Assembly: GCA_051362555.1 (NCBI GenBank)
Contig: CM120643.1
Coordinates: 7,688,001-7,752,000, forward strand
Direction: 5' to 3'
DNA: 64,000 nucleotides
Origin: Lingula anatina
Taxonomy: Eukaryota; Animalia; Brachiopoda
The notes beneath the pieces were generated by a model. The model saw only the letters and a program-made list of their open reading frames with translations, did not search any database and had not been told where the DNA came from. The position numbers and the translations under genes are program-made. Each line of letters begins with the position of its first letter. Positions within the stretch are counted from its first letter, which is position 1. Positions 37,620-50,858 of this stretch are shown here, one piece after another.

Positions 37620-38829
37620 ACAAGGCAGCAAAGCTGTCAAATGTACAGACAAAAAGCAGGAAATAACAATGCAAAAAAATAGGCTACTGTCAATTCTGAT
37701 GTAAAAATACAATATGCTTAACTACAAATTCAACATCAAATTTTAATTATTCTCAACAGGTAATACCAATGTAAGTAAAATGTGTAACAAGCATAAGGCT
37801 TCAGGCCCATGGGAGTTAAAGTTCACACTTTGAAAATGCCAGAATGAGAAAAATGAAAATTTCACACAAAATTGTATAATTCAATAATAAATGACAACCC
37901 AATTGAGCTGGCTTTCTAATTTGAACTGCATGCCAATCTTAAAAATCATACTTGTAAGTTAAAAATAATAAGTAACACAGTTTTCTTTTCATAATTTTTG
38001 TAGTAGCAGTGCAAAAAGATTTCTGTCCATTTTGATGTAACATTACGTAATATATTACAGAATAATTAATACCAATTTTTGATTATTGACTATAAATAGC
38101 ATGGACATGTAGAAAATTTGATTACCATTCAGCTTCATGTCCATGGGAGCTCAGAGTCCCACAATTAATATGCCAACCCGAAAAAAATGGATATTTCACT
38201 AAAATGTATAACTTCCAAAAAAAGAAGCCAATTAGACTGCTTTTCCAACTCAGGCTGCATTTTAGTCCTGTGTTTCTTTTTTGAAAGTTTGACAATCATA
38301 AGTAACATGGTTTTCCCATAATGGTCATCATGGCAGCAGCACCAAAATTGTGTTTTCTTCTATTTAAATGCAATATTACATAATGCTTAACAGCATAATG
38401 ACCATCAACTTTTAATAATAAAATATATGTATAATGGATTTTCAGAAAATGTGACTAGCATGGGTCTTCAAGCCCGTGGAGGTTCTAAGTCACACCTTGA
38501 AAATGCCAATATGTGAAAAGTTAAATTTTCACAAAAAAAAAAAATGTTTAATTGCCAGAAAAAATTTACCAAAAAGATTGCATTGCTTACTGAAGCTGTA
38601 TTTTAGTCCTGTGTTTCTTTCTTGTAAGTTTGAGAACAGTAAGTGACATGGTTTTCCTTACATGGTCATCATGGAAGCAGTGCCCAAAATAGGGGTTTCT
38701 TCAAATTTTGATGCAATATTACATAATGTTTAACAGCATAATGACCATCAATTTTTAATAATAAAATATTAGTATCATAAGTATGATATCATAGTATCAG
38801 ACTTGGGCCAGATATGGTACTTTCATTTT

Positions 38830-38881
<52 letters not shown>

Positions 38882-39902
38882 TAGTATCATGGATATTCAG
38901 AAAATGTGACTAGCAAAGGTCTTCAGGCCCATGGAACTTCAAAGTCACACCTTGAAAATGCCAAAATGTAAACAAGACAGCACTGTTCTGAAATGGGTGT
39001 TTTCCCATTTTTAACAATTTTTTAACATAAAACAAAATTAACAGTTTACTGCCATTTTTATATGATCAACTAAGAAAATTGATGAGATGGGAAAAATATC
39101 AATAGAATAGTGTTAAATGTCCAATTTCCTCCATTCCGAGATTCTGAACATAGTGAATGATTCAATCTGACAAACTGAAATGATATGAGTTTATTTCCAT
39201 TTTTGAAACTTTATTACACAATACACGTTAACAAGTTTACCATCATTTTTACAAAATCAACTAACAATGTTGTAAAGATGTAGGATATGTCAAACAAACA
39301 CTTTTACGTATCTTATTAGTTAAATAATGAGACTGTTAACATGCCTAAGAATTGAATCTGAGGAAATTTGAAAAAACAGCATAACTTCTAAAATAATGGC
39401 CCGATTATGCTGATTTTTGAACTCAACCCGCGTTTTAGTAAGATTGACCACTACTGTGAGTTTAATGACAATTGGTCTATCTGTTTTTCTTATATTGTGT
39501 TTACAGTGTTTCATATATGCTGAAAAATGAAAAAACCGCATAAGTACTAAAATAGTGGCCCGATCATGCCGATTTTCGAACTTGACCTGCATTTTAGTAA
39601 AATTGAGTACTTCTGTAAGTTTCATGACAACAGGACTATTGGTTTTCCTTTAAATGTGTTTACAGTGTTGCATATATGCTGAAAAGTGAAAAAACAGCAT
39701 AACTTCTACAATAATGGCCCGATTATGCTGATTTTCGAACTTGACCTGCATTTCATGAATATTCATCAGCTCTGTAAATATAAAGCAAAAAAGTAAAACT
39801 GTGTTCCACTTATCGTGTTTACAAGGAAAGTGCACGGCAACGGCGACGACAGACGCAGGTGATGGCAATATGTACAGACACATCTGTGTCTGTACATAAA
39901 AA
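37620..39902 (-). mobile_element. HINE family A, complete copy (~2.3 kb)
   Basis: One end has the 12-bp-stem hairpin atgtacagacac-atct-gtgtctgtacat (39870-39897) plus a (gac/ggc)n tract. The other end has subTIR atgtacagac and hairpin cagc-aaa-gctg. Internal ~160-bp and ~330-bp repeats. Both ends abut A-runs (TT target). Confidence 0.8.
38779..38874 (+). mobile_element. Severely 5'-truncated poly(A) retroposed insertion with 16-bp TSD
   Basis: About 52 bp plus a long poly-A, flanked by aaaatattagtatcat at 38763-38778 and 38875-38890. It is absent from the paralogous site near 50360. Confidence 0.9.
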
Positions 39903-42509
39903 CAAACTGCAAAGTGCTATTTTGGATTTTCATCTGGATTCTTCATTTCAACTCTGCTATTACATTAATTAAGCTGTATCATTTGCCCTCACATTTTTAA
40001 GTACAACAAAAATATCATTATAACAGGTTAAATTAGTTCTTCAGATAATACTTGTCATGGAACTTTTTTGTTGGTTGTATTTGGATAAGCACTTCTTTTA
40101 ATTCAGTCCATTAAGCCAGTTAATATATGTGCTAACTACTATGTAATAATACAGTCTCATGGTTACGTCTTGCAATCTGTAAAGCCTACAGATTAATCAA
40201 GACTTTAAAAATCTGTTAACTGATTTCTTATTGTTAAATTAGCAACAAATAAACCAAATATTGGTATGAGAGTTCTTTGAGGAATATTTTATGTGCAGGC
40301 ATGTGGGCTTAAGTTTCTGCAAACAGAACATCAGCACAAACACTATATTCAAACAGGAGGACTGACTCTTTAATAGCGTAACATTTTATCTGGAATTATT
40401 TACTAAACAAGAATTCCAATTCTTCATCAGAGTTGGAAAGCTGCACCCATAAAAGAACAAATATATTATATGGGTTTAATATAACAATTCATAATAAAGT
40501 TCAATCATAACTACCAACATCTATTCTGCTTTGTGCGAGACATATTCCCTCTCGAATTTTGCTGCATCTGTGGAATGATCATCAAGAGTTTTTATACTCA
40601 AAAAATCTTTGGTCTCATAAATCTCTATTAGTGACTAAAACATCAGTGTTGTAATCGGTTTTCCGTTAGTGATAGACAGAGTTCCTTATGTGGTATATGG
40701 ACTGTGATCTCTGATGACTGGTTGTCTAATACTCCATTGGAGTGAGTGGGACTGGTGATGTCCTTTTTTATTTTCATGGATTTAGCAGGTTCTAATCCTG
40801 TTTTATTGTCATACACTGGGGTGGAGAAATTGGTTGGTTTGTTGTAGTCTTTGAAATTCTCCATTTTGTTGTACTTTGGTTCCATTGCATCCTACGAGAA
40901 AAAAGATGAACACTTTAGACCAATGAATAAAATGAAAATTTAAAGTTAATGAAGCATAAAATATTCACAGGCAATTGGTGAAAAAAGACAAAAGAACTAA
41001 ACAAAACAAGCAAAAAAAAAAAAATAATAATAATTAATTAATTAATTAAAAAAAAGATGAAGCTGTATACATGCTTTTCTGATATATATGCAAATGCTAC
41101 AAACTTCATAGTTCCGAATCTTCTGTCTTTTGTCTCAACCGAGTATCTAAATTAAACCCTCAAATCTTTTACTGATCACATTTCTATACAATATGTGACT
41201 ATATACCCCATTCTGTGCCACAGAGATGTCATATACACAAATTCTGGCATGCTGATTGCCAGGTCATTTCCTCCATGGAAAGCCATCGTTCCTGCAGGTG
41301 CCCCAGTCTGAACTCACCCCCAGACACTGGAATGCAGGGCCTTGCTTATACTGAAATCATAGCAACAATTATTTCAATATCCAGGGGAATCGTTTGATAT
41401 CATTTCCAAAAGATTAAGATCTGGACTTATAATAAATATCAAATGAATTAAAAAAAAATTGCTGTAAAGATTATACCTGATGTGCCTTTAAAAAAACTGT
41501 TTGATACTGAATACCTTATTTTCTAAGTTCTTTGCAAGAGAGAAAGAGAGAGAGAGAGAGAAAACTTACCTTCTTCGCAGAAATAGGCACACAACAACAA
41601 TGACTGACCACTAGTAGGATGACTACAAGTATAATGGAGACCACAAGGGCAGCTGTTTCTGAAATAACACATTTACTGGAAATGTTTCAGCTCACAAAGG
41701 GAAAAAATTCATCAAAGAGGTGACAGGAACTTATTTACAATGATAAAATTACCATACAGCAATATGACAAGAACAACCAAGACTGACATAAGATGAATAT
41801 ACTCAGATACAAAATGTTAAAAGAAACTTACCATGAGACACAGTCACACCTGAATCCAGCGCCCCCTGGTGTGATGAGGCATAAGTGAGAGCAGCCACCG
41901 TTATTGTCCCCAGAGGTTTGGACCTAGAATAAAATGTGGGATAGGTAAACATGTATAAACAATAACATCCACAAAGTTCTTGATCATATTGGTCGTATAT
42001 GAAGAGGCATGTTTCTCATAGCTTCCATGTGTTTTGCTATCCACAGATGTCCTGACATACCTACACTGAAATATTCTATTGCAATCACTCAATTTCTAAC
42101 ATTCTGTAAGGACAAAATACTAACATTTCTTTTAATTTCACTTATTTCAGTTTAATCCTTGAAAATGAAATGATTAAATCAAAATTAACAAAATTTTATC
42201 CAAAATTCAGCTTTTTAGAAGGGTATTATCTTTTATTAAATAATTCTTTGGTACAGTCTACCAGCTCTGTTCCATGTAGAACATTTATTAAATCTAAGAG
42301 ATAGGAATAAGAAGTATGATGATTTATGTCCACTTAACTGGGTAAATGTCAAAGAATGTCCATCAAACACATTAAGAATCAATGACAAATTTCAAGACAA
42401 AGTTTCCTAAAAAGCCATGTTTTAAAAACATTTCAATGTTGGTCTTACTCTTGGGGGGAAAATGACATCACTGGACAACTAGATCTCTCGACCTTGGTTT
42501 TAAAATATT

Positions 42510-43222
42510 AAAGACATGCTAGGGGGTACCTATCTTATCCAGCTGTCCAGTACCATCAGTATATATCTATTACCAGTACCAGTACCTTCCCATCCAATCA
42601 ACTGTATATAGTAAAGACATGCTAGGGGATACCTATCTTATCCAGCTGTCCAGTACCATCAGTATATGTCTATAACCAGTACCAGTACCTTCCCATCCAA
42701 TCAACTGTATATAGTAAAGACATGCTAGGGGGTACCTATCTTATCCAACTGTCCAGTACCATCAGTATATGTCTATTACCAGTACCAGTACCTTCCCATC
42801 CAATCAACTGTATATAGTAAAGACATGCTAGGGGGTACCTATCTTATCCAGCTGTCCAGCACCATCAGTAAATGTCTATTACCAGTACCAGTACCTTCCC
42901 ATCCAATCAACTGTATATAGTAAAGACATGCTAGGGGGCACCTATCTTATCCAGTTGTCCAGTACCATCAGTATATGTCTATTACCAGTACCAGTACCTT
43001 CCCATCCAATCAACTGTATATAGTAAAGACATGCTAGGGGGCACCTATCTTATCCAGTTGTCCAGTACCATCAGTATATGTCTATTACCAGTACCAGTAC
43101 CTTCCCATCCAATCAACTGTATATAGTAAAGACATGTTAGGGGATACCTATCTTATCCAGCTGTCCAGTAACATCAGTATATGTCTATTACCAGTACCAG
43201 TACCTTCCCATCCAATCAACTG
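42510..43222. repeat. Minisatellite, 103-bp unit, 7 copies, spanning an exon-intron junction
   Basis: aaagacatg(c/t)taggg recurs at 42510, 42613, 42716, 42819, 42922, 43025 and 43128. Confidence 0.95.
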
Positions 43223-45024
43223 CCATATTCTTACCATTTGGAATGTTACGGTGGATACTCACCTCCACATTGGAGCCAATAGTGTGCATATGGTATATCC
43301 TGAGGGTATAGTGACATTGATGAAGTAGACCATACTGTATCTTCCTTGACATCAAAGTCCCAGGCCTTGTCTTACTAGCTGGTAGTCTTGACCGTCCAGG
43401 GACAGCTTCCTGATGTAATAGCTGTTGGTAAAGACAATGGAAGGCTCAATATCTGAAAATAATATATTTTTTTAATTTAAGATTAATTTAAATAAAAAAG
43501 ATGAAAGCAGAACTGTATATCTTCATTTAAAATCAAGTAAATAGTGTATTTCAAACTAAGTTTATCACTGCAAAATTAATATAAAAATGGATATTTGAAA
43601 TTGATTCAAAACTATAAGGCTCACAATTGCATCTTTTTGAAAGATCCAAGACCAATTGATTTCCCTGATATAAATAGAAACTTAACTAGTATGTATGTAG
43701 TCAATATAACCCCTTGAGGGTGACATTAGAGCTGTAACCTTCAGTACTGGAAAAACAAACAGTAAAATTACAATAACAAAAACTACCATCAAGACAAAAA
43801 CCCTGCTACTTACTGTCTCTCCTTTTGCAGGTCCACCCATCAGCTGTCTCTAAGTAGCCATGGACACACTTACAGTGGAAAGAGTCCACAGTCTTCTCAC
43901 ACAACTGGCTGCACACCCAGGGAGTCTCTTCACACTCAATGATATCTGCAACAGAAATAAAAATATCTTACTGAATGGCATTTGAAAACAGCATCAAATG
44001 TAATTTCCACTTGATTTTATGTGATGGCCAATGAATTCTCACGCATATGTATGACTTTAGATGTGAAGAAAATTTTCTTCTGAACAGTATCTCTGTCAAT
44101 TTTTCAAAATTTTCAAATGAGAATAAATTAAGTTAATCAGAATTACCTAATAGTGTATTCTGAACTCACTAACACTCATGTATGCCCATAAATGTGCCCA
44201 CAAGCAAATACACAATTATAATATCAACTGGAAATCATCACTACATTCTAAGTACCTTTGTAATTCTTTCTGTCAGTTCCAAGTGTGTACCCTGTGTGAC
44301 ACAGTAAAAACTGGTGGCAGTGTTCACACAGTCGTGTTCACATTAGTTCGACACTACTTCAGCACATTCATCCACTCCTAAAATACAGAATTAAAAAAAT
44401 AAGCAAAACAAATACAGTGTCTTAATCCTAAACCAGTTTTTAGAGGCAGGCAAAAAGTAAAGAAAATCAAGACTTAGTAGAGAGCACAGAAACTTTATGT
44501 GTATCAAAAGGCCATTTCAGATTATCTTTCAATTTTTTATTTTCTTCCATTTACAAATTAAAGCCTCTAATTAAGGAATTAATGAATATGAGTTATGACA
44601 TTTTAAGAAGAGTTTCAGAAGTTTTACAGTAAGAGGAATTTTAAGTGGGAGAAAATGTTGTGAAATTGACCCAAAACATTCTCATTCACTTATTATAGTC
44701 ACATTTTACAGTGAATAAAAACACTCGTCCCTTCAGGCTCAAAAAACAATTTATGTGCTGAGCAATCATTGTGATCTTGTACAGTATACACTGTGATAAG
44801 AAATTTCTGTCTTATTTTTTACCATAAGATTTTCCAAAGAAATAGTTTCATCAATTTGAAGGCCAAACCAGAGAAATAATAGTGGAACTAGATGACAGCA
44901 ATATGGAAATACTTTACAAATCAGACAAATGCATGACCATCTTGAAAACTTTGTATTACATTAAAAATGCTAAAAGGAATAGGAAATAACTAGCCACAAT
45001 GTTGTTTATCTGACATATCAATTT

Positions 45025-48000
45025 TAATGACTTAAAATAGTTAAATGTTAATAATTTTGTAAAATATAGTCCATTATTTCTGAAATTTGTACAAATGATG
45101 CTTAACAACAATAAAAATCTGTGATAAGATGATCTGTTGACTGTATCTAATAAAATGTGATTTTTGGAACAACAAATTTGGGACAACTGAAATTTACATT
45201 GAGAAGACTGGAAAATCCCATGACTTAAAATAGTTAAATGTAAATAATTTTGTCAAATCTTGTCCAGTGTATCTGAAATATGTACAAATGATGCTTAACA
45301 ACAAAACAAATCTGTGATAAGCTGATCAAATGACTGTGTCTAATGAAAAGTATCTTCTTGCGACAATATCTTTGAAAAAACTGAAAATTACACTGAAAAC
45401 ACTGGCAAATTTCTATGGCTTAAAATAGTTAAATGTTAATAATTTTGCAATGTGATTATAAAATAAAAAAGCAAATGTGATGACTTGAGGTTCTTTGTGT
45501 AGGAGGTTGCAAATTACCTATAACTGTTATCTGGAAAACAATATATACCCATACAAGACTTCTCCTTACTATCAATGCCAGATGCAGATTACTCCTTACA
45601 ATGGGTTTCTGGAATGGGTTGTTGCTATCACAGTATTTGACAATATCCTAAATCTTGCCACATTCCATGTGTTGTACACATGGATAAGACATAGTGCTGC
45701 TCTTGGTGCTGTCTTTCAATGCCTGCCTTTTCATGGTAAGAGTACTCTGGAAAAAGAACAATATAACTGAAAAAACTGAAATTTCAAAACCCAGGACTTA
45801 AAATAGTTAAATTTTAATTTTTTTGTCAAATCTTGTCCAATATTTCTGAAATTTTTACAAATGATGCTTCACAGCATTAAAAATCTGTGATAAGCTGATC
45901 AGTTGACTGTGTTTAATGAAAAGTATTTTCTTCGGATAATATATTTGAGAAAACTGAAAATTACACTGGCAAATCCAATGACTTAAAATAGTTCAACATT
46001 AATAATTTTGTTAAATCTTGTTCAATATTTCTGAAATTTTGACAAATGGTGCTTAACAACAATAAAAATTGGTGATGAGCTGATCAGTTGACTGTGTCTA
46101 ATGAAAAGTATTTTCGTCTGACAATATATGGAGAAAACTGAAAATGACACTGAAAACAATGACAAATTCCATGACTTAAAATAGTTAAATATTAATAATT
46201 TTAACAAACCTTGTCCTATGTTTCTGAAATCTGTTCTATTGATGTTTAACAACAATAAAAATCTATGATAAGCTGATCAGCTGTTTGTGTCTTTTATTAA
46301 GTGTCGAGATTTGAGAAAGCTGAAAATTACACTGAAAACACTGACAAATTCCATGACTTAATAGAGTTAAACATTAATAATTTTGCCAAATCTTGTTCAA
46401 TATTTCTGAAATTTTGACAAATGATGCTTAACAACAATAAAAATTGGTGATGAGCTGATCAGTTGTCTGTGTCTTTCTTAAGTGTCATATTTATGGGAAA
46501 TTGATAAACAGAAGAGTGAAAATGAACCAAAACAAATATTTCAATATTGCAATGTATTATTTACTTTGTAGGCAAATAGAAAATGTGATGATTTGAGTTT
46601 GTTTGTGTAGGAGGTTGCAATAACCTATAACTGTTCTCTGGAAAACAATATATACCCATACAAGACTTCTCCTTACTATCAATGCCAGATGCAGATTACT
46701 CCTTACAATGGGTTTCTGGAATGGGTTGTTGCTATCACAGTATTTGACAACGTCCTAAATCTTGCCACATATCATGTATTGTACACATGGATAAGACATA
46801 GTGCTGCTTTTGGTGCCGATTTCACTGCCTGCTTTTTCATTGTAAAGGTACTCTGGAAAAAGAACAATATAACTGAAAAAACTGAAAATTACATTGAAAA
46901 GACTGGCAAATACAATGACTTAAAATAGTTAAATGATAATAATTTTGTCAAATTGTGTCTAATATTTGTGAAATTTGTACAAATGATGGTAAACAGCATT
47001 AAAAATCTGTGATAAGATGATCAGTTGTCTGTGTCTAATGAAAAGTGTCTTTTTAGGACAATATATTTGGGAAAACTGAAATTTACAATGAAAAGACAGG
47101 CAAATCTCAGGACTTAAAATAGTTAAACGTTAATAATTTTGTCAAATCTTGTCCAATGTTTCTGAAATTTGTGCAAAAGATGCTTAACAAAAATAAAAAT
47201 CTGTGATTAGATGATCTGTTGACTGCATCTAATGAAAAGTGTTTTTTGGGACAAGGTATTTGGGAAAACTGAAATTTACATTGAAAAGACTGGCAAATCT
47301 CAGGACTTAAAATAGTTAAACGTTAATAATTTTGTCAAATCTTGTCCAATGTTTCTCAAATTTGTGCAAAAGATGCTTAACAACAATAAAAATCTGTGAT
47401 AAGCTGATCAGTTGTCTGTGTCTAATGAAAAGTGTCTTTTTGGAACAATATATTTGGGAAAACTGAAATTTACAATGAAAAGACAGGCATATCCCAGGAC
47501 TTAAAATAGTTAAACGTTAATAATTTTGTCAAATCTTGTCCAATGTTTCTCAAATTTGTGCAAAAGATGCTTAACAACAATAAAAATCTGTGATAAGCTG
47601 ATCAGTTGTCTGTGTCTAATGAAAAGTGTCTTTTTGGAACAATATATTTGGGAAAACTGAAATTTACAATGAAAAGACAGGCATATCCCAGGACTTAAAA
47701 TAGTTAAATGTTAATAATTTGCAATGTGATTATAAAATAAAATAGTAAATGTGATGACTTGAGGTTGTTTGTGTAAGAGGTTGCAAATTACCTATAACTG
47801 TTATCTGGAAAACAAAATATACCCATACAAGACTTCTCCTTACTATCAATGCCAGATGCAGATTACTCCTTACAATGGGTTTCTGGAATGGGTTGTTGCT
47901 ATCACAGTATTTGACAACGTCCTAAATCTTGCCACATATCATGTATTGTACACATGGATAAGACATAGTGCTGCTCTTGGTGCCGATTTCACTGCCTGCT

Positions 48001-49213
48001 TTTTCATTGTAAAGGTACTCTGGAAAAAGAACAATATAACTGAAAAAACTGAAAATTACATTGAAAAGACTGGCAAATGCAATGACTTAAAATAGTTAAT
48101 TGATAATAATTTTGCCAAATCTTGTCCAATATTTCTGGAAATTGTACAAATGATGCTTAACAACATTAAAAATCTGTGATAAGATGATCAGTTGACTGTG
48201 TCTAATGAAAAGTGTCTTTTTGGGACAATATGTTTTGGGAAAACTGAAAATTACATTGAAAAGACTGGCAAATGCAATGACTTAAAATAGTTAAATAATA
48301 ATAATTTTGTCAAATCGTGTTCAATATTTGTGAAATTTGTACAAATGATGGTTAACAACATTAGAAATCTGTGATAAGATGATCAGTTGTCTGTGTCTAA
48401 TGAAAAGTGTCTTTTTGGAACAATATATTTGGGAAAACTGAAATTTACAATGAAAAGACAGGCATATCCCAGGACTTAAAATAGTTAAATGTTAATAATT
48501 TTGCAATGTGATTATAAAATAAAATAGTAAATGTGATGACTTGAGGTTGTTTGTGTAAGAGGTTGCAAATTACCTATAACTGTTATCTGGAAAACAATAT
48601 ATACCCATACAAGACTTCTCCTTACTATCAATGCCAGATGCAGATTACTCCTTACAATGGGTTTCTGGAATGGGTTGTTGTTATCACAATATTTGACAAT
48701 GTCCTAAATCTTGCCCCATATCATGTATTGTACATCTGGATAAGACAATGCTGCTTTTGGTGCTGTCTTTCACTTCCTGCTTTTTCATGGTAAGAGTACT
48801 CTGGAAAAAGAACAATATAACTGAAAAAACTAAAAATTTACATTGAAAAGACTGCCAAATTCAATGATTTAATGTAGTTTAATGTTGATAATTTTGTCAA
48901 ATCTTGTCCAATGTTTCTGAAATTTGTTCAGATGATGCTTAACAACAATAAAAATCTGTGATAAGCTGATCAGTTGTCTGTGTTTAATGAAAAGTGTCTT
49001 TTTGGGACAATATATTTGGGAGAACGAAAATTTACATTGAAAAGACCGGCAAATCCCAGAACTTAAAATAGTTAAACATTAATAATTTTGTCAACACTTG
49101 TCCAATGTTTCTGAAATTTGTACAAATGATGCTTAACAGTAATTAAAATCTGTGATAAGCTGATCAAATGACTGTGTTTAATAAAAAGTATCTTCTTCCG
49201 ACAATATCTTTGA
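45025..49213. repeat. ~193-bp satellite with interspersed ~300-bp exon-derived cassette (left part of array)
   Basis: gacttaaaatagttaaa recurs at 47111, 47304 and 47498, among others. Cassettes lie at ~45470, 46580, 47750 and 48530. Confidence 0.92.
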
Positions 49214-50858
49214 ACAAGGCAGCAAAGCTGTCAAATGTACAGACAAAAAGCAGACAATAACAATGCACAAAACAGGCCACTGTCAATTTTGATGCAAACG
49301 TACATTATGCTTAACTGCAAATTCAACATCAAATTTTGATTATGCTCAACAGGTTATACCAATGTAAGTGAAATGTGAAACAAGCGTAAGGCTTCGGGCC
49401 CATGGGAGTTTAAGTTCACACTTTGAATATGCCAGAATGAGAAAAATGAAAATTTCACATAAAACTGCTTAAATTCAATAATAAATGATAACCCATTTGA
49501 GCTGGCTTTCTTATTTGAACTGCATGCCAATCCTACAAATCATACTTGTAAGTTGAAAATACTAATAAGTAACACAGTTTTCTTTTCATAATGTTTGTAG
49601 TAGCAGTGCAAAAAGATTTTTGTCAATTTTGATGTAACATTACATAATAAATTACAGAATAATTATCACCAATTTTTGATTATTGGCTATAAAAAGCATG
49701 GACAAGTAGAAAATTTGATTACCATTTGGCTTCGTGTCCATGGGAGCTTCGAGTCCCACAATGAATATGCCAACATGAATATTTCACTAAAATGTATAAC
49801 TTCCAGAAAAAGAAGCCAATTAGACTGCTTTTCCAGCTCAGGCTGCATTTTAGTCCTTTGTTTCTTTTTTGAAAGTTTGACAATCATAAGTAACATGGTT
49901 TTCCCATAATGGTCATCATGGCAGCAGCACCCAAAATTGTGTTTTCTTCTATTTTAATGCAATATTACATAATGCTTAACAGCATAATGACCATCAGTTT
50001 TTAATAATAAAAGATCTGTATCATGGATTTTCAGAAAATGTGATTAGCATGGGTCTTCAAGCTCGTGGAGGTTCGTAAGTCACACCTTGAAAATGCCAAT
50101 ATGTGAAAAATTAAATTTTCACAAAAAAAAAAAAAAAAAAACAGTTTAACTGCCAGAAAAATTTACCAAACAAACTGCATTGCCCACTGAAGCTTTATTT
50201 AAGTCCCATGTTTCTTTCCTGTAAGTTTGAGAACAGTAAGTGACATGGTTTTCCTTAAATGATCATCATGGGAGCAGTGTCCAAAATAGGGGTGTCTTCA
50301 AATTTTGATGCAATATTACATAATGTTTAACAGGATAATTACCATCAATTTTTAATAATAAAATATGAGTATCATGGATATTCAGAAAATGTTCCTAGCA
50401 AAGGTCTTCAGGCCCAAGGAACTTCAAAGTCACACCTTGAAAATGCCAAAATGTAGACAAGACAGCACTGTCCTGAAATGTGTTTTTTTCCATTTTTAAC
50501 AATTTTTTAACATATAACAAAATTAACAATTTACTGCCATTTTTATATGATCAACTAAGAAAATTGATGAGATAGGAAAAATATCAATAGAACAGTGTTA
50601 AATGTCCAATTTCCTCCATTCTGAGATTCTGAACATAGTGAATGAATGAATCTGACAAACTGCAATGATATGAGTTTATTTCCATTTTTGAAACTCTATT
50701 ATACAATACATGATAACAAGTTTACCATCATTTTTACATAATCAACTAACAATGTTGTAAAGATGCAGGAAATGTCAAACAAACACTTTTACGAATCTTA
50801 TTAGTTAAATAATGAGACTGTTAACATGCCTAAGAATTGAATCTGAGGAAATGTGAAA

